From an uncultured delta proteobacterium (lineage in GTDB: Bacteria > Desulfobacterota > Binatia > Binatales > Binataceae), in NCBI GenBank assembly GCA_963765675.1, contig CAVXXK010000003.1, forward strand, positions 448,001-512,000: a DNA stretch of 64,000 bases, given 5' to 3'. A program made the position numbers and the translations under genes. The notes under the pieces are model-generated. The model was given only the letters and a program-made list of their open reading frames with translations, made no database searches and had not been told where the DNA came from. The number at the start of each line of letters is the position of its first letter. Position 1 is the stretch's first letter. Shown here piece after piece: positions 47,806-58,110 of the stretch.

Positions 47806-47851
47806 TTGACACAATTTGGCCAGGCGTTCAATATTTTGACCATGCGGCCAG
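47806..47851 (+). promoter_or_regulatory. sigma70 promoter with two TetR-type operator palindromes; probable leaderless start
   Basis: TTGACA (47806)-17 nt-CAATAT (47829)-7 nt-ATG; TTGGCCaggcGTTCAA (47816-31) and TTGACCatgcGGCCAG (47836-51). Confidence 0.6.
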
Positions 47852-48468
47852 AAATTGAACCCGACTCCGACCGGCGCTCCTTCATCGAAACCGCGCGGCG
47901 CGCGCAGATCATCGAATGCGCGATCGAGACCATCGCCACCCTCGGATACGCGCGCGCGTCGCTGGCGCAGATCGCGCGACGCGCCGGCATCAGCAAGGGC
48001 GTTATCTCTTATCACTTCAAAAGCAAGGCCGAACTGATCCGGCAGATCGTCGACGAGGTTTATTCCGCCGGCGAGGCCTTCATGCGCCCGCGACTCATGG
48101 CCGAGACCTCGGCGCGCGCGATCCTGCGCAAATATATCGAGAGCAACCTCGAATTCCTGGGCACGCATCGGATGCATCTGGCCGCGCTGTCGGAAATTTA
48201 CAAGAATGCGCGGCCGGGCCAGCCTATCGAACGCAGCGACGCGCACTCCGACGAGCGATTGATCTCGGGGCTCGAGCGGCTTCTGCGCCGCGGACAGCGC
48301 AGCGGCGAGTTCCGCGAGTTCTCCACCCGCGTGATGGCGATCACTATCCGGATCGCTGCGATCGACGCGATCTCGCCACAGTTGATAGCCGATCCAAAGC
48401 TTGATCTCGACGCGTACGCGCGCGAACTGGTGAACCTCTTTGACCGCGCCACTCGCAGGAGTGCATAA
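47842..48468 (+). CDS. TetR/AcrR family transcriptional regulator
   Basis: RRAQIIECAI....GY..ASLAQIARRAGISKGVISYHFKSK. Confidence 0.95.
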   Translation: MRPEIEPDSDRRSFIETARRAQIIECAIETIATLGYARASLAQIARRAGISKGVISYHFKSKAELIRQIVDEVYSAGEAFMRPRLMAETSARAILRKYIESNLEFLGTHRMHLAALSEIYKNARPGQPIERSDAHSDERLISGLERLLRRGQRSGEFREFSTRVMAITIRIAAIDAISPQLIADPKLDLDAYARELVNLFDRATRRSA

Positions 48469-49989
48469 ATGGCAACCGCAATTTCCACCCAGCCGGTAGC
48501 TCAACCGCCGCTCGAAGGACCGCGCCTCGGCTTTGCGATCAAAACCTTCTACGGAGTCGGCTCGATCGCGTTCGGGGTCGAGACCGTGGCGCTCGGATCG
48601 CTGCTGTTGCTGTTTTTCAACCAGGTGGTCGGGCTGCCGGCGCCGTGGGTCGGAGCTGCGATCATGATCGCGCTGGTATTCGACGCGATCTTCGATCCGA
48701 TCGTGGGACAATGGTCCGATCATTTTCGCTCGCGGCTGGGCCGGCGGCATCCGTTCATGTACGCCTCCGCGCTGCCGCTGGCGGTCGCGTTCTATTTTCT
48801 GTGGAACCCGCCGCACGGATGGAGCAAGGGGGCGATGTTCGCGTACCTGATCACGCTGCTGATTTCGGTGCGGCTGCTCGTCAGCCTGTACGAGATTCCC
48901 AGCTCCGCGCTCGCGCCCGAGCTGACGCCGGACTACGACGAGCGCACCAGCTTGCTCAGCTACCGCTTCTTCTTCGGGATGATCGGCGGCACCGCGATGG
49001 CGATATTGGCGTTCCGGGTTTTTCTGCGCCAGGACGCAACTCACACGCTAGGCGTGCTCGACAGGGTGGGCTACGCGCGCTGGGGCCTGGTCGCCTCGAT
49101 CGTCATGTTCATCACGATCCTGATCACCTGCGTGGGCACGCAGGGCCGCGGGATCGATATCAAAACTCCGCCGCGAGTGGCCGGGAGCTTCTCCGGAAAC
49201 ATTCGGGAAATCATGACGACGTTATCGAACCGCTCGTTCCTGGCGCTGATGATCGCAGGGATCATTTCAGCGATCGCGGGCGGACTTTCCAGCGGCCTCG
49301 GCCTCTACATCACGACCTATTTCTGGGAGCTGACCTCGAAGGAAATTTCCTACCTGGTCGCGTTCGGTTTTTTCTCGGCGCTTCTGGGGGTCACGCTGGC
49401 GCCGATGGTCTCGAAGTGGATGGGCAAGAAGCGCGCGATGATCACGCTGTTCGCGATCTCGCTGGTCGCGAGCGTGATTCCGATTCCGCTGAAACTCATC
49501 GGCCTGATGCCACCGGCCCATTCGTTCGCGCTCATCGCGGCGCTGGTGGTGGACGGGGTCGTCCGTGACACACTCGGCATCATGGGCTTCATCATCGTGT
49601 CCTCGATGATGGCGGACGTGGTCGAGGATATCGCGGTGCACACGGGGCAGCGCTCCGAGGGGCTGCTGTTCGCGGCCAACGGGCTGTTGCAGAAGGTGGT
49701 TTCGGGCGGCGGTACTTTTGTTTCGGGATTGCTGCTCTCGTTCGTGCATTTTCCGCAGAATGCGGTGCAGGGCCACGTCGATCCGCTGATTTTGCGCCAT
49801 CTGGTTTTGATCTATGTTCCAATCACGGCGGCGTGCAGCGCGATCGCGATCGCAGTGCTGGGCTTCTACCGGATCGATCGCGCAAGCCATCAGCACAACC
49901 TCGAGCAACTGCGCGACGCCGGCGCGATCGCGCAGACGAGCCAGGCCGAAGCGATCGAAGGCATCACGCCGCTGACCCGCGCGATCTAG
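48469..49989 (+). CDS. MFS transporter, GPH (MelB-like) family
   Basis: DAIFDPIVGQWSD..RSRLGRRHPF, ELTPDYDERT, SMMADV, RSEGLLF. Confidence 0.9.
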   Translation: MATAISTQPVAQPPLEGPRLGFAIKTFYGVGSIAFGVETVALGSLLLLFFNQVVGLPAPWVGAAIMIALVFDAIFDPIVGQWSDHFRSRLGRRHPFMYASALPLAVAFYFLWNPPHGWSKGAMFAYLITLLISVRLLVSLYEIPSSALAPELTPDYDERTSLLSYRFFFGMIGGTAMAILAFRVFLRQDATHTLGVLDRVGYARWGLVASIVMFITILITCVGTQGRGIDIKTPPRVAGSFSGNIREIMTTLSNRSFLALMIAGIISAIAGGLSSGLGLYITTYFWELTSKEISYLVAFGFFSALLGVTLAPMVSKWMGKKRAMITLFAISLVASVIPIPLKLIGLMPPAHSFALIAALVVDGVVRDTLGIMGFIIVSSMMADVVEDIAVHTGQRSEGLLFAANGLLQKVVSGGGTFVSGLLLSFVHFPQNAVQGHVDPLILRHLVLIYVPITAACSAIAIAVLGFYRIDRASHQHNLEQLRDAGAIAQTSQAEAIEGITPLTRAI

Positions 49990-50046
49990 CGGCGAGCATC
50001 TGGATGCGATCGATTTCGCCGGCGACCGCCCAAGGGGGAAGGAAAG

Positions 50047-51012
50047 ATGAGAATCCAAAATCGTCTTACTGTTTCATCGACGGCGATCGCCGCGATCATT
50101 TTGATGCTGGCGCTGGCGCCGCTCTCGCACGCCGCCGAGCCTGTAACCTCGAGCAGTTTTCAATTCGGAGGCTTTGAGCGCACGTACGCGCTGCACGTTC
50201 CTTCTCGCTACGACGGCAAAACTCCCGCGGCGCTCGTGATCGCGCTGCATGGCGCCGGAGGTTCCGGTACGCGAACGCTCACGCGCGAGGGCTGGGTCGC
50301 GGCGTCCGACCGCGATGGCTTTATCGTTGCGGGACCCGACGCTCTGCCGATCCGGCCGTCTGAGCCGGAGAGCTTCCGGACCAATCCAAGCGCGTGGAAC
50401 GATCTTGGCCAGACCGCAACCGCGGATACCGCGCATCACCGGGTCGATGACGTCGGATTTATCGACGCGTTAATCACACGCCTGTCGAGCCAGTACCGGA
50501 TTGATTCGCGGCGCATCTACGTTACCGGCTTTTCCAGCGGCGCCAGCATGACGCTGACGCTCGGGGTGAAGCTGGCAGGACGCCTCGCGGCGATCGCGCC
50601 GGTCTCGGGCCAATATCGATTGGGCCCGGCGACGCTCGCGGCGCCGGTCTCGATGCTCTACATCATCGGCACCGCCGATCCGCTGAACCCTCTGGCCGGT
50701 GGCGCGGCGACCACGCCGTGGGGAACCAGTTCCAAGCCTCCCATCGCGCAATCGATCAATGCGTGGCACACGATGCTCAAGTGCCCGAGCAGCGCGGCGA
50801 CCGTGCGCGACAGCGGTGGCGTGAAGGGAATCTCGTACGGTCCATGTGCGGGCGGCACCGTGCTCAAGTTCTACACGGTTGACGGTCTCGGCCACGTATG
50901 GCCGGGCAGCCCGCAGGTTCTGCCCGCGCGATGGGTCGGCGAGGCGAGCAACAAGCTCGACGGCACCGATCTGATCTGCAAATTTTTCGCGGCGCACCGG
51001 AAAGTCGACTGA
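50047..51012 (+). CDS. secreted LpqC/PHB-depolymerase-family esterase
   Basis: Signal peptide, IALHGAGG, DDVGFI, GFSSG nucleophile elbow, GTADP, GHVWPG. Confidence 0.87.
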   Translation: MRIQNRLTVSSTAIAAIILMLALAPLSHAAEPVTSSSFQFGGFERTYALHVPSRYDGKTPAALVIALHGAGGSGTRTLTREGWVAASDRDGFIVAGPDALPIRPSEPESFRTNPSAWNDLGQTATADTAHHRVDDVGFIDALITRLSSQYRIDSRRIYVTGFSSGASMTLTLGVKLAGRLAAIAPVSGQYRLGPATLAAPVSMLYIIGTADPLNPLAGGAATTPWGTSSKPPIAQSINAWHTMLKCPSSAATVRDSGGVKGISYGPCAGGTVLKFYTVDGLGHVWPGSPQVLPARWVGEASNKLDGTDLICKFFAAHRKVD

Positions 51013-51021
51013 GGCATCGCG

Positions 51022-52491
51022 ATGAGCGAGCGGCCGAATATCGTACTCGTCATGGCGGATCAGCATCGCGCCGACATGCTCGGATGCGCCGGCGATCCGG
51101 TGATCAAAACTCCGCATATCGACCAGCTCGCGCGCGAGGGCGTGCGCTTCGAGCGCGCGTACTGCCAGGGCCCGCTGTGCATGCCGGCGCGCGCGTCGGT
51201 GCTGACCGAGCGCTTCGTGCGCGACCATGGCGTGTTCGAAAATTCGTCGCAGGTCGCGGACGGCACGCCGACTTTTCTGAACAGCCTCCGCGACGCGGGC
51301 TATCACACCGTGGAGATCGGCAAGATGCATCTGTGGCCGCACGGCCAGCGCCAGGAGCGCTCCACCGCCGCGATGCGCGAGCTGATGAGCGCGTATGGCT
51401 TCGACGAACCGATCGAGACCGTCGGCAAGCTCGCGTCGCGCACCTATGACACTCCGTACACCGATTATCTGCGCGAGCGCGGACTGCTCGAAACCTATCG
51501 CGAGTTCATCGCGAGCACGCGGCTGTCGGGCAATCGTGCGGGCACGCCTGCGTGGCAGGCGGATCCGTGTCCGCTCGCACTCGAGGACTATCCCGACGCG
51601 TGGCACGGCCGGCGCGCGGCGGATTGGATCGACAGCTACGCGGGGCGCGCGCCGTTCTTCCTGTGGGTGGGATTTCCCGGACCGCACAATCCGTGGGATG
51701 CCCCGCGCGAGGCGGTCGATCAGTATCGCGACGCGGAAATTCCGATGCCGCGCTCGCTCGAACGCCCCGCGGTTCCGGCCGCCGGTCCGTTCAAGCTGTT
51801 CCTGAACGCGTTTCTCGCGCATAGCGATTCGGCGACGATGACCGAAGCGGCGATCGTCGCACTGCGACGTGCGTACTACGCGAATGTCTCCGTGATCGAC
51901 GCCGGACTGGGCGCGATCATCGCCGCGCTCGCGCGCAGAAAGATGCTCGACAACACCTGGGTCATCTATACGAGCGATCACGGCGAGATGATGGGCGAAC
52001 ATCGGATGCTGATGAAGATGGTCTTCTACGAGCCGTCGGTGCGGGTGCCGATGATCGTGCGGCCGCCGGGCGCGGCGCCTGCGCGCGTCGTGCGGGAGCG
52101 CGTGCAGTTGATGGATCTGTCGGCAACCGTGCGCGATATCGCGGGCGCAGGCGCGATCGAGGACAGCGGCGCGAACTCTCTGCTGCCAGCAATTCGCGAC
52201 GGCGCTTCGCCGGCGGCGATGAGAGCGCTCGTGAGCGAGAATTATGGTTTTGCGATGTTCCTTGCGGATCGCTACAAGCTGGTCGTGTTCGAAGACACGC
52301 TCGAAGCGGGACAGCTCTTCGACCAGATTGACGACCCGGCGGAGGATCACAATCTATGCGGCGACCCCGCGTATGCGAAGGTCGTTGACGCGATGCTCGA
52401 GGAGCATGTGCGGCCGTTTTTCAAGACCGCGCCGATCCGGCCGCATCCAGCGCTGGTCGCACGGCTTGCGGCGCGCCACGCCCGCGGCTGA
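51022..52491 (+). CDS. Cys-type sulfatase (choline-sulfatase/arylsulfatase-like)
   Basis: PNIVLVMADQH, CMPARAS (CxPxR), GKMH, PHNP, TSDHGEM; no signal peptide. Confidence 0.93.
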   Translation: MSERPNIVLVMADQHRADMLGCAGDPVIKTPHIDQLAREGVRFERAYCQGPLCMPARASVLTERFVRDHGVFENSSQVADGTPTFLNSLRDAGYHTVEIGKMHLWPHGQRQERSTAAMRELMSAYGFDEPIETVGKLASRTYDTPYTDYLRERGLLETYREFIASTRLSGNRAGTPAWQADPCPLALEDYPDAWHGRRAADWIDSYAGRAPFFLWVGFPGPHNPWDAPREAVDQYRDAEIPMPRSLERPAVPAAGPFKLFLNAFLAHSDSATMTEAAIVALRRAYYANVSVIDAGLGAIIAALARRKMLDNTWVIYTSDHGEMMGEHRMLMKMVFYEPSVRVPMIVRPPGAAPARVVRERVQLMDLSATVRDIAGAGAIEDSGANSLLPAIRDGASPAAMRALVSENYGFAMFLADRYKLVVFEDTLEAGQLFDQIDDPAEDHNLCGDPAYAKVVDAMLEEHVRPFFKTAPIRPHPALVARLAARHARG

Positions 52492-52499
52492 TTGCGGGT

Positions 52500-53723
52500 T
52501 TAGAACTCTACTGGCAGACGCTCGAGGCCTCGCATCACCATCGTGCGGCGCCATCGGTAGTCCTGTCCCGCGAGTCTTAGCTTCGGCATCCGGCGCAGAA
52601 GAGTTTCGAACGTGACGCGGCCCTCGAGCTTCGCGAGCGGCTCGCCGATGCATCGATGAATCCCGCCGGCGAAGGCGAGGTGGTTGTTGTCGGGCCGGGC
52701 GATGTCGAAACGATCCGGATCGGGAAAACGCTCAGGGTCGCGATTTGCCGCGCCCATGATCACAACGATGTGCTCCCCGGGCGGGACGGTCCGGCCGCCA
52801 ACCTCGATCGGTTCCGTCGCGGTGCGGACCGTTACCTGCGACGGACTCTCGTAGCGCAGGATTTCATCAACAGCGGAATCGATTAAGGTCGGATCGCGCC
52901 GCAGGCGGTCCGCGCCATCAGGATTACGCAGGAGGGCCAGCGTGCCGTTGGCGAGCATGTTCATGGTGGTTTCGTGGCCGGCGACCAGGGTAAAGATCGC
53001 ATTGGAGACGAGTTCGTCTTCGCTTACGATTTCGCCGCGCTCCTCGCCGGCGTTGAGCAGGCTCAGCAGATCCTCGCCGGGATTTTTGCGGCGCTCGGCC
53101 GCGAGCTCGGCGAAATAGCGCTTGGCCGACGCAATCGCGTCGCGCACGCCGGCGCCGTGATCGTTGGCGCTCCCGGAGGGATCCATCGATTCGCCGAGCG
53201 ACCGCACCCACGCGCTCAGCAGCGGAAAGTCACGCTCGGGCACGCCCATCAAGTCGGCCAGCACCGCGACCGGAAGTGGAAACGCCAGGTCCGCGACCAC
53301 CTCCATGGTGCCGCGCTCGTGCACCGCGTCGAGCAGGCGGTCGGCGATTTTCTGCACCCGCGGGCGCATCGCCTCCAGGTTCGCGGGTGAAAAAGCTTTG
53401 CCCAGCACCCTGCGCAGGCGGGTGTGGTCCGGCGGAACTCGGAACTGAAGCGCAGGCCGCAAGAGCGTCTGCATCGAGCGCAAACCGTCGTCGTGCGGAA
53501 AATTATCGATCGTGCTCAGATCGAACGAGTAGACGCGGCGATCGCGCAGGACGTTGTACGCGTCGGCGTAGCGCGTGATCATCCAGAAGCCGATCGGGGT
53601 CCGCAAAACCGGAAACCGTTTGCGCAGAAAGCGATAGAGCGGGTACGGATTGCGCGAGAACACGCGCCCGTACCAGCGGTTGAAAAACCGGCTCGTCTTC
53701 GCAACAGTCGCAGGCGACGCCAT
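52500..53723 (-). CDS. cytochrome P450
   Basis: PPDHTRLR, AGHETT, EILR, ANRDP, FAGGIHRCIG heme motif. Confidence 0.96.
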   Translation of the reverse strand: MASPATVAKTSRFFNRWYGRVFSRNPYPLYRFLRKRFPVLRTPIGFWMITRYADAYNVLRDRRVYSFDLSTIDNFPHDDGLRSMQTLLRPALQFRVPPDHTRLRRVLGKAFSPANLEAMRPRVQKIADRLLDAVHERGTMEVVADLAFPLPVAVLADLMGVPERDFPLLSAWVRSLGESMDPSGSANDHGAGVRDAIASAKRYFAELAAERRKNPGEDLLSLLNAGEERGEIVSEDELVSNAIFTLVAGHETTMNMLANGTLALLRNPDGADRLRRDPTLIDSAVDEILRYESPSQVTVRTATEPIEVGGRTVPPGEHIVVIMGAANRDPERFPDPDRFDIARPDNNHLAFAGGIHRCIGEPLAKLEGRVTFETLLRRMPKLRLAGQDYRWRRTMVMRGLERLPVEF

Positions 53724-53946
53724 CAGCAATACTCCGGGACCGGCAATCCAGCGCCTATCGCGAGCCGATATCCAGCAGATTTTCTAGGCATTGATTTCTA
53801 TGGCTCAATTTGATGAATAGGGTCAACCGCCGCAACCGAACAACCGCCGGAGGAAAAACATCAATATAGAGACCGAGGCGCAGGCTGCCGAGCCGCAAAC
53901 CATCAACACCCGCGGCAACCGCGCACTGACGCGGTTTTGGGCGCTC

Positions 53947-55257
53947 ATGACACGGTGGCGGCCCCATCTGATCCCGGTGCTGGCCGCGGGCCTCGCTTTG
54001 CTCTTTATCTGGGGAATCACGCAGGTCGAGTACGATCACCACCGCGGGTTCCAAATCGTCGCGCGCGAGGCGATCTCGGGTGATGGCCCGCACTACCTTA
54101 TCATCGTCAACTCCATCTTGTTCGATCACAGTCTTGAGGTGCAACACGCGTACGCCCGGGCCGCGGAAGGCGGCTTCGACGCAGGAAAGCGGTTTCGCCA
54201 CGGGTTGCCGGATCATCATACGATCGTCGTCAATCGGCGCACGGGGCATCATGCCCCCTGGGGTTTCCCGGTCGCAGGATGGGCGGCGATTCGCAACCCG
54301 AACAACGAGTTTCGCCCAAGTCCGGACGTGTACGAGGTTCCCGCTCATCCGGTCGCATTTCCAGCTTTGCTTGCGCTCGCGATTGCGCCGTTTCATCCGG
54401 CACCCGCGCAGGTCGAGCCGGAAGTTGGACTGGTGCTGGCGCTTATCGGTTGGATCGGTATAGTCGCGACCTATCTGATGGCGCGGCGCGGAGGTTTTCG
54501 CCGCACCCCCGCGCTCGTGGCGGCGGGAGTGTTGCTCCTGGCGAGTCCATGGCTGCCATACTGCAAGGATTATTTCGCCGAGACGACGATCGGTGTGTGT
54601 CTGGCGCTGGCGCTCCTTGCTTGGAACGATGACAGACCGATTATAGCCGCGCTGCTCGCGGCGGCTGCGGCGATCATTAAGCCGTCATTTGCCGTGGTCG
54701 GCGCGGGATTCCTGATCGAAACGATCCGCGAGCGGCGCTGGCGCGATACGATCGCGATGGCGGTCACGCTTGCTGTCAGCGCGGCCGCGCTGATGGGGTT
54801 CAACTACTGGCTGGCCGGAACCCCGGTGATCGCGGGGGTAGGTGAATGGCAAATCGCGCACTATCTGGATTCCTTTGAAGTAACCATGTTCCATCCCGAA
54901 CATGGATTGGTGATTTTCGCACCGTGGACGATCCTTGCGGCGTTCGCGATCGCGCATGCCTACGATCGATTCGAGATGGATTCCGCGATGCTGCGGCGGA
55001 TGGCGTGGCCGCTTATACTGTATTTAGTCCTGATGGCGATGACGCGTTTCGGTCCGGGATATTGCTACGGCCCGCGCTATTGGGTTCCGTTTCTGCCGTG
55101 GCTCGCGGTCGCGGCGGTGCAGATGCTGCGAACCGCGCGCCGCCGAACAATGGTTGCCGGCATCGTACTGATTGCACTTGGTATGGCGATCGCAATTCCG
55201 GGAACATTGCAATTGCCGCAGATGTATTCGAAATCGATATCAGACGCGTGGCCTTGA
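53947..55257 (+). CDS. polytopic membrane protein, probable GT-C glycosyltransferase
   Basis: GDGPHY loop after TM1, about 10 TMs, GPRYWVPFLP; upstream of a GT2. Confidence 0.6.
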   Translation: MTRWRPHLIPVLAAGLALLFIWGITQVEYDHHRGFQIVAREAISGDGPHYLIIVNSILFDHSLEVQHAYARAAEGGFDAGKRFRHGLPDHHTIVVNRRTGHHAPWGFPVAGWAAIRNPNNEFRPSPDVYEVPAHPVAFPALLALAIAPFHPAPAQVEPEVGLVLALIGWIGIVATYLMARRGGFRRTPALVAAGVLLLASPWLPYCKDYFAETTIGVCLALALLAWNDDRPIIAALLAAAAAIIKPSFAVVGAGFLIETIRERRWRDTIAMAVTLAVSAAALMGFNYWLAGTPVIAGVGEWQIAHYLDSFEVTMFHPEHGLVIFAPWTILAAFAIAHAYDRFEMDSAMLRRMAWPLILYLVLMAMTRFGPGYCYGPRYWVPFLPWLAVAAVQMLRTARRRTMVAGIVLIALGMAIAIPGTLQLPQMYSKSISDAWP

Positions 55258-55401
55258 GCCGGAAGTGCGAGACTCGCGACGCGCGATGAATGCTCCTGCG
55301 CTGAGTCTCGTAGCCGTCAGCTTGTCGGGCGGGGCGCGAAACCGTTAAATGTCCTCACGCATGATTCAAGTCAATGAAACGCTCTCCGATCAGGATATCC
55401 A

Positions 55402-56586
55402 ATGGTTGATGACCCAGAGCCGGCCCAAGCCCAGGTCGAGTTAAGCGTGGTTATCCCCTGTCTGAACGAGGCCGATACCCTCAACGAATGCATCGAAAAG
55501 GCGCAACATGCGATGCGCGCGGCGGGTATCGAGGGCGAGGTCATAGTCGCCGACAACGGAAGCACCGATGGCTCGATCGAAATCGCGCAAAAGAGTGGCG
55601 CCCGGCTCGTGCGAGTCGCGGAACGCGGCTACGGCAGCGCGCTGATGGGCGGTATCAGCGCCGCACGGGGCAAGTTCATCGTCATGGGCGATGCCGACGC
55701 GAGTTACGATTTTGAGCAAATACCGCGCTTCGTGGAAAAACTGCGCGAAGGCCCCGATCTCGTGCAAGGATGCCGATTGCCTTCGGGCGGCGGCACGGTC
55801 CTGCCCCATGCGATGCCATTGTTGCATCGTTGGTGGGGAAACCCGCTCTTTTCGTTGATGGCGCGGCGATGGTTTCAGGCGCCGGTCCACGACGTGTACT
55901 GCGGCATGCGCGGCTTTCGTAAAGATGCGTACGATCGGCTGGATCAGCAATGCACCGGGATGGAATTTGCAACCGAAATGATCATCAAAGCCAGCCTGTT
56001 CGGACTGCGGATCGCTGAAGTGCCTATTACCTTGCATCCGGATGGTCGAAAGCAACACGCGCCGCATCTCAAGACCTTTCGTGACGGTTGGCGCACGCTG
56101 CGCTTTTTTTTGATCTACAGTCCGCGATGGCTATTTCTGATTCCAGGCGCCGCTTTGATCCTGCTTGGAATACTCGGCTACTGCCTGGCGCTGCCCGGAG
56201 TCGAAATCGGACGGATCAGGCTCGACGTGCATACATTGTTGTTCGCGAGCGTGGCGATCCTGTGTGGCTATCAAGCGATCCTGTTTGCGATCTTCACCAA
56301 GACGTTTGCGATAGGCGAGGGTCTGATACCGGAGGATCCGCGCCTTAGCCGCTTCTTTGATTTCGTAAATCTTGAGCGCGGCCTGGCGGTCGCGATCGCT
56401 GCCACGCTGATCGGTCTCGCGCTGATGGCGGAAGCTCTGAATCAGTGGCGCGTGGCCGACTTCGGCCGTTTGAACTATTCGATCACCATGCGCTGGGTTA
56501 TTCCCGGAGCAACGCTGACCGCGCTCGGGTTTCAAACTGTATTGTCGAGCTTCTTTGTAAGCATTCTCGGATTGCGACGGCGATGA
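55402..56586 (+). CDS. GT2 family (DPM1-like) glycosyltransferase with C-terminal TM helices
   Basis: IPCLNEA, ADNGSTDGS, GYGSAL, GDADASYD, GMEFATEM, FRDGWR. Confidence 0.93.
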   Translation: MVDDPEPAQAQVELSVVIPCLNEADTLNECIEKAQHAMRAAGIEGEVIVADNGSTDGSIEIAQKSGARLVRVAERGYGSALMGGISAARGKFIVMGDADASYDFEQIPRFVEKLREGPDLVQGCRLPSGGGTVLPHAMPLLHRWWGNPLFSLMARRWFQAPVHDVYCGMRGFRKDAYDRLDQQCTGMEFATEMIIKASLFGLRIAEVPITLHPDGRKQHAPHLKTFRDGWRTLRFFLIYSPRWLFLIPGAALILLGILGYCLALPGVEIGRIRLDVHTLLFASVAILCGYQAILFAIFTKTFAIGEGLIPEDPRLSRFFDFVNLERGLAVAIAATLIGLALMAEALNQWRVADFGRLNYSITMRWVIPGATLTALGFQTVLSSFFVSILGLRRR

Positions 56587-57188
56587 GACGGATCGAGCGC
56601 TTCCATTCCGACTATGTTCACACACGGCGAGTCCGGGTGCTGCGCGATAATCTAGTGGAAATTATCCCGGCGGATGCCCGGATACTGGACGTAGGCTCGG
56701 GCGATGGATTACTTGCTTCGCTCATCGCGCAACGAAGGCCGGACATTGAGGTGCGCGGAATCGAGACGATCGTGCGGGAACATACACACATCCCGGTTGA
56801 ACAATTTGATGGCAGAACGATCCCATGCGAGGACCGGGCTGTGGATACAGTGATGTTAGTGGACGTGTTGCATCACGCCAATGACCCGATGGAATTACTG
56901 CGCGAAGCCAGGCGCGTCACGCGCCGGGCAGTGATCATAAAAGATCATACGTTGGAGGGATTTTGCGCCGGAGTAACCCTCCGATTCATGGACCGAATAG
57001 GCAACGAGAAACACGGCGTCTCACTTCCATATAACTATTGGACCAAGGCGCAATGGCTCGAATCGTTTAAATTTCTGGAGATGAAGATTGGTGTCTGGAA
57101 GTCCGGGCTTGGTCTTTATCCATTGCCCGCCAAATGGATATTCGAACGCTCTTTGCACTTTATCGCCAGGCTCGACGTGGCCGGCTGA
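56583..57188 (+). CDS. class I SAM-dependent methyltransferase
   Basis: ILDVGSGDG, DVLHH..DP..LLREA.RV; ATGA overlap with the GT2 gene. Confidence 0.9.
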   Translation: MRRIERFHSDYVHTRRVRVLRDNLVEIIPADARILDVGSGDGLLASLIAQRRPDIEVRGIETIVREHTHIPVEQFDGRTIPCEDRAVDTVMLVDVLHHANDPMELLREARRVTRRAVIIKDHTLEGFCAGVTLRFMDRIGNEKHGVSLPYNYWTKAQWLESFKFLEMKIGVWKSGLGLYPLPAKWIFERSLHFIARLDVAG

Positions 57189-57262
57189 ATTCGCGATCTG
57201 CGCCGGTTTGGGGATTCGTAATTCCAAGCGCGACTTTAGCCGCGTCTACTTAGCTCCCGCAA

Positions 57263-58084
57263 CTATCCTTTCTTTGCGAATGGGCGGTCGCGCTCGGTCA
57301 GCGCGGACTTGAGGCCCTTCTCGCGCGAGGCTTTCATCCACGCCTTCACGGTGTCGGTCTGATGCGCGATCACGTCGATATCGGCGGAGGATTGTTCGGC
57401 GGCGCGAATCCCAAGGATGTCGAGATAGCGATTGACGGCGGCCTTGTGCAGCATCAGCAGCTCGGCCGGAACCATCGCGACCCGCCGCGCGTAGGCAAGA
57501 GTCTCCTCCTCGAGCTTGTCTTTCGGGAAGATGCGATTGACCAGATGCCACTCGAGCGCTTCTTTGGCGCCCATGTAATCGCCGGTGAACAGATATTCCT
57601 TGGTCTTGCGCGGACCCATCAGCACCGGCCACATCGAGAGCGTCGGCAGGATTCCGAGCGAGCGGCCCGCGGGATGGCCGAACTGCGCGTCCTCGCTCGC
57701 GAAGACGATATCGCAGTGGCCGATAAACTCAGTGCCACCGGCGAGGCAGTAGCCGTGCACCTGCGCGATGGTTGGTTTGGAAATCGCCCACAGGCGTTGC
57801 CATCGCTCGATGGTTTTGTGCAGTCCGAGGCGATCATTGGTGACGGTGAAGGTCGAGCCCGGATGCTGCGTGCCCTGCAGATCGTATCCGGCAGAGAACG
57901 CGCGGCCCGCGCCGCGGATGATCAGCACGCTCGCTTCGGGATTGGCCTCGTACTCGTCCATCACGAGTTCGAGTTCCTTGAGCAGCTTCTGCGAGAGCGC
58001 GTTGAGCTTCTCGGGGCGGTTGAGCGTGAGCCGCCAGATTTTGCCTTCGACGTTTTCGTAGATAACGGTTTCGTATGATGCCAT
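57263..58084 (-). CDS. enoyl-CoA hydratase/isomerase family protein
   Basis: LTLNRPEKLNAL, AFSAGYDL, KPTIAQVHGYCLAGG. Confidence 0.93.
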   Translation of the reverse strand: MASYETVIYENVEGKIWRLTLNRPEKLNALSQKLLKELELVMDEYEANPEASVLIIRGAGRAFSAGYDLQGTQHPGSTFTVTNDRLGLHKTIERWQRLWAISKPTIAQVHGYCLAGGTEFIGHCDIVFASEDAQFGHPAGRSLGILPTLSMWPVLMGPRKTKEYLFTGDYMGAKEALEWHLVNRIFPKDKLEEETLAYARRVAMVPAELLMLHKAAVNRYLDILGIRAAEQSSADIDVIAHQTDTVKAWMKASREKGLKSALTERDRPFAKKG

Positions 58085-58110
58085 CGCGGATGCCCTCGTA
58101 GAGATTTCTG

